A model generated the notes under the pieces. The model was not told where the DNA came from. It did no database searches and saw nothing but the letters and a program-made list of their open reading frames with translations. A program made the translations under genes and the position numbers. This document shows, in pieces, positions 56,455-64,000 of a stretch of 64,000 bases of DNA. Numbering within the stretch: position 1 is the stretch's first letter; every line of letters starts with the position of its first letter. Source of the stretch: a virus; IMG/VR virus record IMGVR_UViG_3300027733_000034, positions 32,001-96,000 of that record; one strand, 5' to 3'.

Positions 56455-57348
56455 TTATTTACCGAAGGACTTCAAGCCCTCCATGTAAAGGTTTACTGCA
56501 GGGTCAGCAGGTTGAGCTGATTCTACAAGAGTTTGTACAGGTCTAACAACCTTAGCATCTTTGGTAATTGCAGACTTTGTTGCAACTGTGGCTAGATTGT
56601 TAGCTGCAGAGCGATCATTTCTTTCAAACATATCAACAACATAATTGAAGTTTTCATTGATATATTCTGGAGACTTATCACTCAAAATTTTGGTAAGAAA
56701 TTCTTTCTTTGCGGAAGACATTCCTTTAGATTTCTGTTCAATAAACAAAGAAGCTTTTGTTTGTTTAACGGTTTCATTTAACTCAATGTTTTCTTTATAA
56801 GACTCATTGAGTTTTGCTTGAAGCTCATCAATTTTAGATTTACCATTGATAACAACTTTTTTGAAATCTTCATTTAAAGAAGAAGGATCAAAGGAAATAA
56901 TTTTCTTAATTTGTTCTAATTGATTACGAGCTGAGGTATTAGCAACAGCTTCACTCAATTGTTCCTTAGGAATCAATTTATCCAAATACAAATCTAAATA
57001 ATTGCTCATTTCACTTACAATCTTATTGCTGAAAGTTTGAGCCTTTTCATTTACAGCCTTGGTGTAGTAATTAACTACTTTTTTGAGTTTTTCTGTGTGA
57101 TTGATGTTGATCGCTTCAACCACTTCTTGGAGCTTAGAGGAATGATCTTTATCAATAGCCTCTATTAATGTTTTTAATTTAGCGGCGTGGTCAGTGTCCT
57201 GTTCATTTAAGGCTTTTTCCACTTCAAGTCCAATGCGAGTAGAAACTTTCTCATTAACGGCAGCTTCAAATGCTTCTGCAATGGCTGTTGCTGCTTCCTC
57301 GTTAAGAGTATTTCCTTCAATGTTTTCTAGAATAGCTGATATATTCAT
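56455..57348 (-). CDS. gp22: prohead core scaffold protein
   Basis: Coiled-coil, FEAAVNEKV, YLDLYL, several [LI]xE protease sites; lies directly upstream of gp23. Confidence 0.88.
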   Translation of the reverse strand: MNISAILENIEGNTLNEEAATAIAEAFEAAVNEKVSTRIGLEVEKALNEQDTDHAAKLKTLIEAIDKDHSSKLQEVVEAININHTEKLKKVVNYYTKAVNEKAQTFSNKIVSEMSNYLDLYLDKLIPKEQLSEAVANTSARNQLEQIKKIISFDPSSLNEDFKKVVINGKSKIDELQAKLNESYKENIELNETVKQTKASLFIEQKSKGMSSAKKEFLTKILSDKSPEYINENFNYVVDMFERNDRSAANNLATVATKSAITKDAKVVRPVQTLVESAQPADPAVNLYMEGLKSFGK

Positions 57349-57363
57349 ATTACAGGTATAAAT

Positions 57364-57603
57364 TTACTTATTCTTTTGGTATGCCCCTTTAGTAGCTTTT
57401 TTGCCCTTCATTTTAGCAAAAAATTCAGAAGCTTTATCTTTTTTGGATTTTTTTTCTGTTTTACCAGACATTTTATCGGCTTCTTTTTTAATTTTACCTT
57501 TGAGCTTGGCCTCTACAATAGTAGCTAGTGTAGAATTTGCAAAAGCAAATTGCTTTTCACAAAGCTGAGCTATGAATTTAGAAATAAGTTGTTTTTCTGT
57601 CAT
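57364..57603 (-). CDS. small prohead core protein (gp67/gp68-like)
   Basis: KFIAQL..K.FA.A...L; Lys-rich tail; lies between gp21 and gp22; start moved to 57603. Confidence 0.55.
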   Translation of the reverse strand: MTEKQLISKFIAQLCEKQFAFANSTLATIVEAKLKGKIKKEADKMSGKTEKKSKKDKASEFFAKMKGKKATKGAYQKNK

Positions 57604-57616
57604 AATTTGAATATAT

Positions 57617-58306
57617 TTATCTTGAATGGTTTTTAATTGCATTAATAAAAGCAATTACATGTTCTTTGAGAAATTGATTTTTATTTTTAGTAGGCAAAGA
57701 ACTAATGCTCTTTTCAAATTGTTCATAATAAGGAGAAAATTCTCCGTTGTTACCAATAGTCCATTGCTTAGATTCTAAAATGCCATTCACGAAGGCAGTG
57801 GGAACCGATGGGTCCGCGACCACATCTACAGCAACTAGTCTAAAGTCGGCTACTCTATTCATTCCATTTTTCTCACTTACGAGTCTGCCTAAAGATCTAC
57901 TAGAAACTCCTAATTTTACTCCTTGCAGAATTAAACCCTTCACCAAATTTCCTAATGGCATCCCTTCACCGTGAAGAATTTTGCTCTTGCCTTCAAAAAT
58001 ATTACCATTTTGTTTGAGGTCTGTTACTATATGACAAACTCTTTCTAAATTAATTTCTGGGGATTGAGGATGGTTAAGTTCTCCAGTGGATCTGTTGTTA
58101 TCAATCATTTCAACTCTGTAACGATCCACTTCTTTTACCATTTCTTCTAATGGATAAATTCTTTTATTTTTATTAGCTTCATTTGCCATCAAAAATGGTC
58201 CCTTAATAAACATATTAGAGGGAGAATTCTTGTTTTGTTCTTCCAACAAATAATTTACTTCATAAGTTGGTTCTTCTACTAGCAAACGGTAAACGTTATT
58301 ACTCAT
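57617..58306 (-). CDS. gp21: prohead protease
   Basis: IKGPFL.A...NKNKRIYP, GELNHP, LGVSSRSLG, DVVADPS.P.AFVNGILES; start moved to 58306. Confidence 0.95.
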   Translation of the reverse strand: MSNNVYRLLVEEPTYEVNYLLEEQNKNSPSNMFIKGPFLMANEANKNKRIYPLEEMVKEVDRYRVEMIDNNRSTGELNHPQSPEINLERVCHIVTDLKQNGNIFEGKSKILHGEGMPLGNLVKGLILQGVKLGVSSRSLGRLVSEKNGMNRVADFRLVAVDVVADPSVPTAFVNGILESKQWTIGNNGEFSPYYEQFEKSISSLPTKNKNQFLKEHVIAFINAIKNHSR

Positions 58307-58359
58307 ATAAAAATTATAATTAATATTTATACCAAGTGACGGCTTATTCAAAAACTAGT

Positions 58360-58824
58360 TTAAGATCTATTTAGATCTTTCTCAGTCATCACTATAAAAA
58401 TATATCCATGTCTATCACACCATTTACGAGCTGCCGCCCATTTAGCAGTATTTGTAACATATTGAGTGTGTTCAAATAAAATAGTTTTTTTGCTTTTTTT
58501 GGCAGTTATTTTAGGAGCTTCACAAAATTTTTCTGGTTTAATTTCTATTAATAATTTTTTAATAGAATTATCAGCTTGTTTAAGAGCTACAACTAGATCA
58601 ACAAAATACCTGTGCATTTTATTATCTAGAGGAGACATGTAAGGTATTATTACGGATTCAGACCCCCAGGAAATAACTTTTTCATTATTATCCATCCATC
58701 GATAGGCTTTTAATTCCAGACTAGATCTAAAATAAATGGGATAAGATCCTCTATATTTTTCTGGTTTAGTTGGTATAAATTTACCTTGATTAAATTCAGA
58801 ATTTTTATTGAGAGATTTTCTCAT
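58360..58824 (-). CDS. gp4: head completion nuclease
   Basis: QGKF.P..PEKY.G, RSSLE, WGSE...IPY.SP.D...HRYFVD, EIKP, N.AKW.AA. Confidence 0.93.
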   Translation of the reverse strand: MRKSLNKNSEFNQGKFIPTKPEKYRGSYPIYFRSSLELKAYRWMDNNEKVISWGSESVIIPYMSPLDNKMHRYFVDLVVALKQADNSIKKLLIEIKPEKFCEAPKITAKKSKKTILFEHTQYVTNTAKWAAARKWCDRHGYIFIVMTEKDLNRS

Positions 58825-58827
58825 ATA

Positions 58828-59985
58828 TTACCCAATAAAGAATGGAATGGGTTCTCTGTCAATTAAGTCTGATGTTATCTCAACTTCTAATTTATCTCTT
58901 TCTGCTATACCCTGACTCATCAGGTCTGTATAATTTATAGTTTGTCCTCCAAACAGAGCCGCTCCTGTATATTTTCCTCTAGCATGAGCAACTGCCATTT
59001 TAGTTAGAGCCATCACGTATTTGTAAACCCATAATTGACTGACTATATGTTTAATTGGCTTTTGAAGTTTACATTTAACTAATCCATAATATACAGAGTT
59101 CTGTGTTGGTTCTGGAATAATTTTCAATATTTGATCTTCTGGATAAAATCTTAAATATGGAGTCAAAGCTAATGTTTTTTCTCTAAGATCTATCCAACCC
59201 TTCAAAGCTTGCCATGTTACTAAGTCATAACCAACATTACCTAATAAATGTCCAAAGTAAGCTTGTTGAGCTATGGCATGTTCTATAGTGAACAGAGTGT
59301 TTATGCCGGTGTTGCTACCTTCTATAAAAGAAGAAACATCAACAACTCTGCGATAGTTATTAAAATCAAAATCCCAACCAGTAAATCCACTATAACCATT
59401 CGGCACAGAGGTTAAAGATACTGTATTAGAAACTTCTGCTGCAGTTTTGCCATTTAATATTACTACTTTATATTTTCCAACAGTAGGAACAAAAGAAAAA
59501 GAAATACGAACACTGTTTGTATCTATCGGTGTCACTGGAGCTATTACCAATCGATTGTTAGATGTATCATACACCGCTGGTATAACTGTGTCAGAATTTA
59601 AATTATGTGTAATAACAAATGTGTTATTTATACCATCTCCAACTACACAGTCATACTCAGTTGCTCCACCAGTAGTTACTTGTGTAGGATCTTCATATGC
59701 TGTGGATAAATCTGGTGAAATATTAATCAATCTTCCGATAGGAAGTCCAACTCCAGTAATATAAAGATCAGATCTGAATATTAAAAATTCTTCAGTCATT
59801 CCAGCAAATTTAGTAAAATATTCACTAGCAACATTTATTATTTCATAGAGTTGCTCATCGGCTATCTCTATTTGAACCAATGGATATCCCAACATACGTT
59901 TAACCCTAAGGGCAAGCATGTCATAACTTGAGATATTATTATTAAAAGTGGTACTTCCTCTAAAGTTGTCTGGTAAAACACCCAT
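58828..59985 (-). CDS. gp13: neck protein with inserted domain
   Basis: RMLGYPLVQIEI..EQL, WVYKY..AL.K, KYTG..LFGG..IN, PFFIG. Confidence 0.9.
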   Translation of the reverse strand: MGVLPDNFRGSTTFNNNISSYDMLALRVKRMLGYPLVQIEIADEQLYEIINVASEYFTKFAGMTEEFLIFRSDLYITGVGLPIGRLINISPDLSTAYEDPTQVTTGGATEYDCVVGDGINNTFVITHNLNSDTVIPAVYDTSNNRLVIAPVTPIDTNSVRISFSFVPTVGKYKVVILNGKTAAEVSNTVSLTSVPNGYSGFTGWDFDFNNYRRVVDVSSFIEGSNTGINTLFTIEHAIAQQAYFGHLLGNVGYDLVTWQALKGWIDLREKTLALTPYLRFYPEDQILKIIPEPTQNSVYYGLVKCKLQKPIKHIVSQLWVYKYVMALTKMAVAHARGKYTGAALFGGQTINYTDLMSQGIAERDKLEVEITSDLIDREPIPFFIG

Positions 59986-59993
59986 GTCTCTAC

Positions 59994-61853
59994 TTATCCC
60001 GCAGGTGTAGTAGGTACTTCAGTAGTTGTAGGAGTTGCTCCTAGTTCTGGTGCAGCGCCTTCACCTGCTGCTGGAATTGTAGGAGTAGTTTCTGGTGTAC
60101 TTCCTCCAAATTCTGGAATATTAGAACCTCCTATTCCTGATTCACCCCCGCTGCCGCTTCCAGCAGGAACTCCACCACTAGCGGCTTGTTGAGCCATTTC
60201 TATCTGTTCTCTCCAATTTGGACCAGCATTAGCAATCTGAGAAAGCTCCCATTTAAAAGCGGCTTCTTTGCGTAGCCATTCCATATTTTCACTAATCTTA
60301 GCATCACTATATTGTAGATAATGTCGCTGAGCAAATATATCAGAAATTCCTTCACTTTGAGCCATACTACCATAATTTTTCTGCTTGAGTTCAAATAATT
60401 GCTGTTCTCTGATAGCAAAATAATTTGAAGGGGCATTAAAATTTAAATTTATATAAGATTCGTGTAATTTATAATCTTTCCACCAACCTTTAATTTTAAG
60501 ATGAGATATAAAGGCGTCTTTAAATCCAGAAGCAAACTGATTTTGCAAACGTATGATAAATTTTGCGAATTTTAATTCTTCGCGTAAAATTTCAGAACCA
60601 TCTTTATAAGATTCATTAGGATTCAGTCGAGAAAGAGGCACTTTTAAACTCTTATAAAGTTTATTTACAAAATAAACTAAATCATCTAATTTTCCAAGAT
60701 TATCTCCACCGGGCAATACTGATACATCGGACCCAGTTTCTCCAGTACGTTTAGCAAACCAATAACTATCTAACATGGATTGAGGATTGTAGGAATTTGC
60801 TATACCTCCTTTACTTCCATCAAACACTTGTTTAGACCAATATTGTTGTTTAAGTTGTTCTAAATAAGCGGTAGCTTTAGCTGGAGGCATATTTCCAACA
60901 TCAATAACAAATTTAAGCCTTTCCGGAGCTCTGACCAGGCGATAAATAATAATTGCATCTTCTAGTAAAGAAAGAAGTTTGTAGGCTCTTCTACAATTTT
61001 CTATAAATGGCATTTTAACAGTCAGATCTTCGTTCCAAATGCCAGAATTAATATAGGTAATTTGATTACCTTGTAGAGTCAAAATTTGATTCTGCAAATT
61101 ATTTGCAGAAGAAATATTACTTTGACCTTGTGAAAGAGCTGATGCTGGATTTTTCTGTAAACTAATTGGTTTTTGAAATATAAAATTTTCAATAACATTG
61201 TTTTGTACATTATCATATACTGGATTGATAATCTCTGATGGAATGGCCAATGCTCCAATAATTCCGTAGCTTGTATCTTCTTTATAGATAATATTTTCAA
61301 AGAAAATTTCTCCTTCTATAAGAAAATGTCTGCAGTACCCCCATCCTTTATGTTCTAAATCATAAATGTTAATGAATTTTTCAAATTCTTTTTGTATTTC
61401 AGTTTTTTCTTCAGAACTAAGATCTGCAAATGGAGAAAAATTTAAATGTACTATTTTTTCATTCTCGTCTTTGACTATAAACTCATCACATATTTCATCT
61501 AGACAATCAGACACTTCTGAAAAAGAAGCCATACGACGATATTCAGATATTCTGCGAATTTTATCTGTATCTACATGAGCATATATGTAATTGTGATAAG
61601 GATTCTGAGAACCAAATGTATTTCCTCTATTAGAATCACCATACACAGAGGTCATTGCCGGACCAGTAATGACAGACTGCTTTAAGAGTCTCATTTCTGT
61701 CTTCTTAGAAAGTCTGTCAAATAATTCGTATTTGGTATTACCTTGATTGACATCTAATCCGGCAGAGATATAAGGAAGTCTCTGCAAAACATTAGCTATA
61801 AAATTATTAGAGGCACCTGAACCTCGAGGAGAATTGGAGAGAACATCTGGCAT
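59994..61853 (-). CDS. gp20: portal vertex protein
   Basis: EYRRMA...EV..CLDEI, LLEDAIIIYRLVRAPER..F.IDVGNMP..KA, LYKSLKVP.SRL, EILREELKF.KFI.RLQ. Confidence 0.97.
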   Translation of the reverse strand: MPDVLSNSPRGSGASNNFIANVLQRLPYISAGLDVNQGNTKYELFDRLSKKTEMRLLKQSVITGPAMTSVYGDSNRGNTFGSQNPYHNYIYAHVDTDKIRRISEYRRMASFSEVSDCLDEICDEFIVKDENEKIVHLNFSPFADLSSEEKTEIQKEFEKFINIYDLEHKGWGYCRHFLIEGEIFFENIIYKEDTSYGIIGALAIPSEIINPVYDNVQNNVIENFIFQKPISLQKNPASALSQGQSNISSANNLQNQILTLQGNQITYINSGIWNEDLTVKMPFIENCRRAYKLLSLLEDAIIIYRLVRAPERLKFVIDVGNMPPAKATAYLEQLKQQYWSKQVFDGSKGGIANSYNPQSMLDSYWFAKRTGETGSDVSVLPGGDNLGKLDDLVYFVNKLYKSLKVPLSRLNPNESYKDGSEILREELKFAKFIIRLQNQFASGFKDAFISHLKIKGWWKDYKLHESYINLNFNAPSNYFAIREQQLFELKQKNYGSMAQSEGISDIFAQRHYLQYSDAKISENMEWLRKEAAFKWELSQIANAGPNWREQIEMAQQAASGGVPAGSGSGGESGIGGSNIPEFGGSTPETTPTIPAAGEGAAPELGATPTTTEVPTTPAG

Positions 61854-61902
61854 ATGATTTTATATTTAGGTAAAATTGTAACTTAACACTACATTATTTC
61901 TA

Positions 61903-62985
61903 TTAAGTAACATGTAATTTATAGGAATTTAATTTTCCATATCCGGCTTCATTTTCTACAATGATATCAACAAATCCGGGAAGAGCTGGAATTTCCGGAA
62001 AACTAAATTCTATATGTTGATCATCTATTGCATTGAAAGTAGTAGATACCGCTTTGAAAGGAGTATATACAGATGATAATTTTGTAGAACTAATGAATGG
62101 TGAAAATGTGGTAATGTTATTAAACATTAATAGGTTCGAGGCACTTAAATATACATTAAGAGGTTGAATGAGATATTTTCCGTATATATCAAATGTTGTG
62201 GATGATACATTTGGTGTAAAAATTTCTTGAGGAAATACTGCTTTAATAAATGGACAAGCAGAAATGGAAAAATATTCTGTTTCTGGGTATTTAAGTAAAG
62301 TATCTCCATCTCGTAGGTGTGAGGTGGCACTATAATCACTATCTATATAAAATATCTTCTTGTAAGGTTCATCAAATTTCTTAAACATCCAACCCTTTAT
62401 AGTAAAAGAGGTATCTGCTGTAACCATGAAATTTTGGGAGGCATTTAATTCTTTAGGATATGAAGTGTTTACAATTCCACTCCAAAGTACTTCTGATCTA
62501 ATTTCAAATTGAGTACTAGAATTTTCTAGTCCGGGAAATTTCCAAGAAATAACTATATAAGGATCACAATATGGTACAAAATTACTGATAATTTGATCCA
62601 TATGTTCCTGATATTTTGTAACTATTGACATATTGACAGTTACATCAACTGGTATGGGTTGAGGAATTCTCTTTAAAAATACTTCAGACTTGGGTTGATC
62701 CACTGGAAGTATAAATCCGTTATTTTTATTAAAAACTCTACTCTTATCTCTGGAAATAGTTCCAAAACTTACAGCTATGACCGGAAGTTGCATTGCACCT
62801 GGACCCGGTGCAACCAAAGAGGCATATACTCGTTGTTTGGGAGAATATACAAAATTAACATTTTTTTCACTACCAGGTATATAAGTGTTCTTGTTATCGT
62901 ATCCTTTAATAATGATATCATTGAAAGCAGCAACAAATTGCTCCATCATGGTTTTTAATTCAAAGTTAAAAGTATAATTTCTCAT
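61903..62985 (-). CDS. gp15: tail terminator / sheath stabiliser with C-terminal IPT/TIG-like extension
   Basis: F...FNDI.I, YSPKQR, LP.IA, P.PVD...NMSI..KYQE..DQI, SFTIKGW. Confidence 0.85.
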   Translation of the reverse strand: MRNYTFNFELKTMMEQFVAAFNDIIIKGYDNKNTYIPGSEKNVNFVYSPKQRVYASLVAPGPGAMQLPVIAVSFGTISRDKSRVFNKNNGFILPVDQPKSEVFLKRIPQPIPVDVTVNMSIVTKYQEHMDQIISNFVPYCDPYIVISWKFPGLENSSTQFEIRSEVLWSGIVNTSYPKELNASQNFMVTADTSFTIKGWMFKKFDEPYKKIFYIDSDYSATSHLRDGDTLLKYPETEYFSISACPFIKAVFPQEIFTPNVSSTTFDIYGKYLIQPLNVYLSASNLLMFNNITTFSPFISSTKLSSVYTPFKAVSTTFNAIDDQHIEFSFPEIPALPGFVDIIVENEAGYGKLNSYKLHVT

Positions 62986-63013
62986 TATTAAAGGATACTT
63001 AGTTCCGGAAACA

Positions 63014-64000
63014 TTACATGAAACGTTCTAAGAAGTATTTTGGTAAATGTTTTTTATTACTTGTTACCGCCTTAACTGCCGCGCCGTCTAAAATATAGGT
63101 TACTGAATGATCTTTAATTGACCTCGTGCATCGACCACTCATTTGAATCAGTGTATCTAACATCTTCATACCATAATATTGAGGATTTTTATCGAATTGT
63201 TTCTTAATTCTTTTAGAACCTAACGGCAAATACGGAGCCTTTATAATGATTTGAAATCTACCAAGATCATCATCCAGGCTTACTCCTGTGTCTAATGAAG
63301 GGCTAACCAAAATAGTATCTTCATCTACTCGAGACTTGTGCTCTTTGATAATATCTTCATTAGAAACTCCGGTATCTCTAAATAAAAATCTATTGTTTTT
63401 ATTAAATTTTCGTTTAACCTGCTCAGTAATGGCTGTGGTATGGGTGTGTATCAATCCTTTCTCTCCTTTATGTGATTCACATATCTTAGAAACCATCTCT
63501 AACACCTTAGGAAGATTGACTTCTAGGGTCTTAAATGATAGGCTATACTTCGAAGAACAATAGATAGGAGATTTTGATGCTTCGAAAACTGAATCGGTAT
63601 CAATAAACTCATAGTCTTTCTCTGAAATACCTATACTTTTAGCATATTCTTGTACATTGCTGATGGTTGCAGACATTAAAAGCACATGATCTGCCATTTC
63701 AAACAATTCTTTTGCTAAAGGTTTGATGTCAAAAGGTACAAATGTAACTTCTTTAGCATCTTTACTTTCTACTAGATATTGACAAGATTGCCAATTCAAA
63801 ACTACATCCATAACTGCATTATAAAGACTGGTCAATTTACCCAGTCTTTGTTGTTGTTTAAACAACAAACTTTCAAATCCATTTTTATTTGACATTAAAG
63901 ATACTTTTTGTTTTACATCTGCCACCAGATCTTTTAATTGCAAATATATATCATGAACCCATAGTCCGGCTTCTTCACTATCATCTGAAATTACCTTCTT
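63014..64000 (-). CDS. DinG/Rad3-family helicase, C-terminal part (5' end outside the window)
   Basis: LLMSAT, KGLIHT, SPSLDTGVSL, FQIIIKAPY, QMSGRCTRS..D...TYILD; frame stays open to base 64000. Confidence 0.88.
   Translation of the reverse strand, partial: KKVISDDSEEAGLWVHDIYLQLKDLVADVKQKVSLMSNKNGFESLLFKQQQRLGKLTSLYNAVMDVVLNWQSCQYLVESKDAKEVTFVPFDIKPLAKELFEMADHVLLMSATISNVQEYAKSIGISEKDYEFIDTDSVFEASKSPIYCSSKYSLSFKTLEVNLPKVLEMVSKICESHKGEKGLIHTHTTAITEQVKRKFNKNNRFLFRDTGVSNEDIIKEHKSRVDEDTILVSPSLDTGVSLDDDLGRFQIIIKAPYLPLGSKRIKKQFDKNPQYYGMKMLDTLIQMSGRCTRSIKDHSVTYILDGAAVKAVTSNKKHLPKYFLERFM

Noticed and set aside
1-64000. Stop-codon reassignment, as in some large phages
   Set aside because: Conserved genes are full length under the standard code, coding density is high, and TAG and TGA occur as plausible true stops
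1-64000. tRNA genes, introns, inteins, homing endonucleases
   Set aside because: Intergenic gaps are too short and AT-rich for tRNAs, and core genes are uninterrupted apart from the small gp13 insert, which lacks intein motifs

Overview
AT-rich fragment of a large T4-like (Tevenvirinae/Kyanoviridae-type architecture) myophage genome, almost fully coding under the standard code and mostly on the minus strand. Right end: head/neck module (gp15, portal gp20, neck gp13, gp4, protease gp21, scaffold gp22, major capsid gp23) plus a DinG-like helicase that runs off the window. 50-55 kb: clamp loader, dUTPase, probable small terminase, DenV-like glycosylase, AAA_28 kinase/ATPase. About 46 kb (3.9-50.8 kb) is an unusually large baseplate/fibre/adhesin region (gp25, gp6, gp7-like, PKD/NHL, RCC1, LamG, vWA+Ig, beta-helix, Asp-box propellers, S74 chaperone, gp38-like Gly-rich tips), with a GT8 glycosyltransferase and a sulfotransferase embedded in it. 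Left end: accessory genes (Hsp20, DUF932, small membrane protein). Main observations beyond annotation: (1) a [LVI]-[S/T/C]-[A/G/S] ('LSA') motif is pervasive in virion proteins, a candidate sequon for phage-encoded virion glycosylation/sulfation; (2) a ROSE-type RNA thermometer sequesters the hsp20 Shine-Dalgarno; (3) many genes have their own TAA(A/G)TA late or sigma70 promoter so close to the ATG that the mRNAs would be leaderless or nearly so. No tRNA, rRNA, CRISPR array or reverse transcriptase was seen. All calls come from motif recognition by eye; no searches were run.
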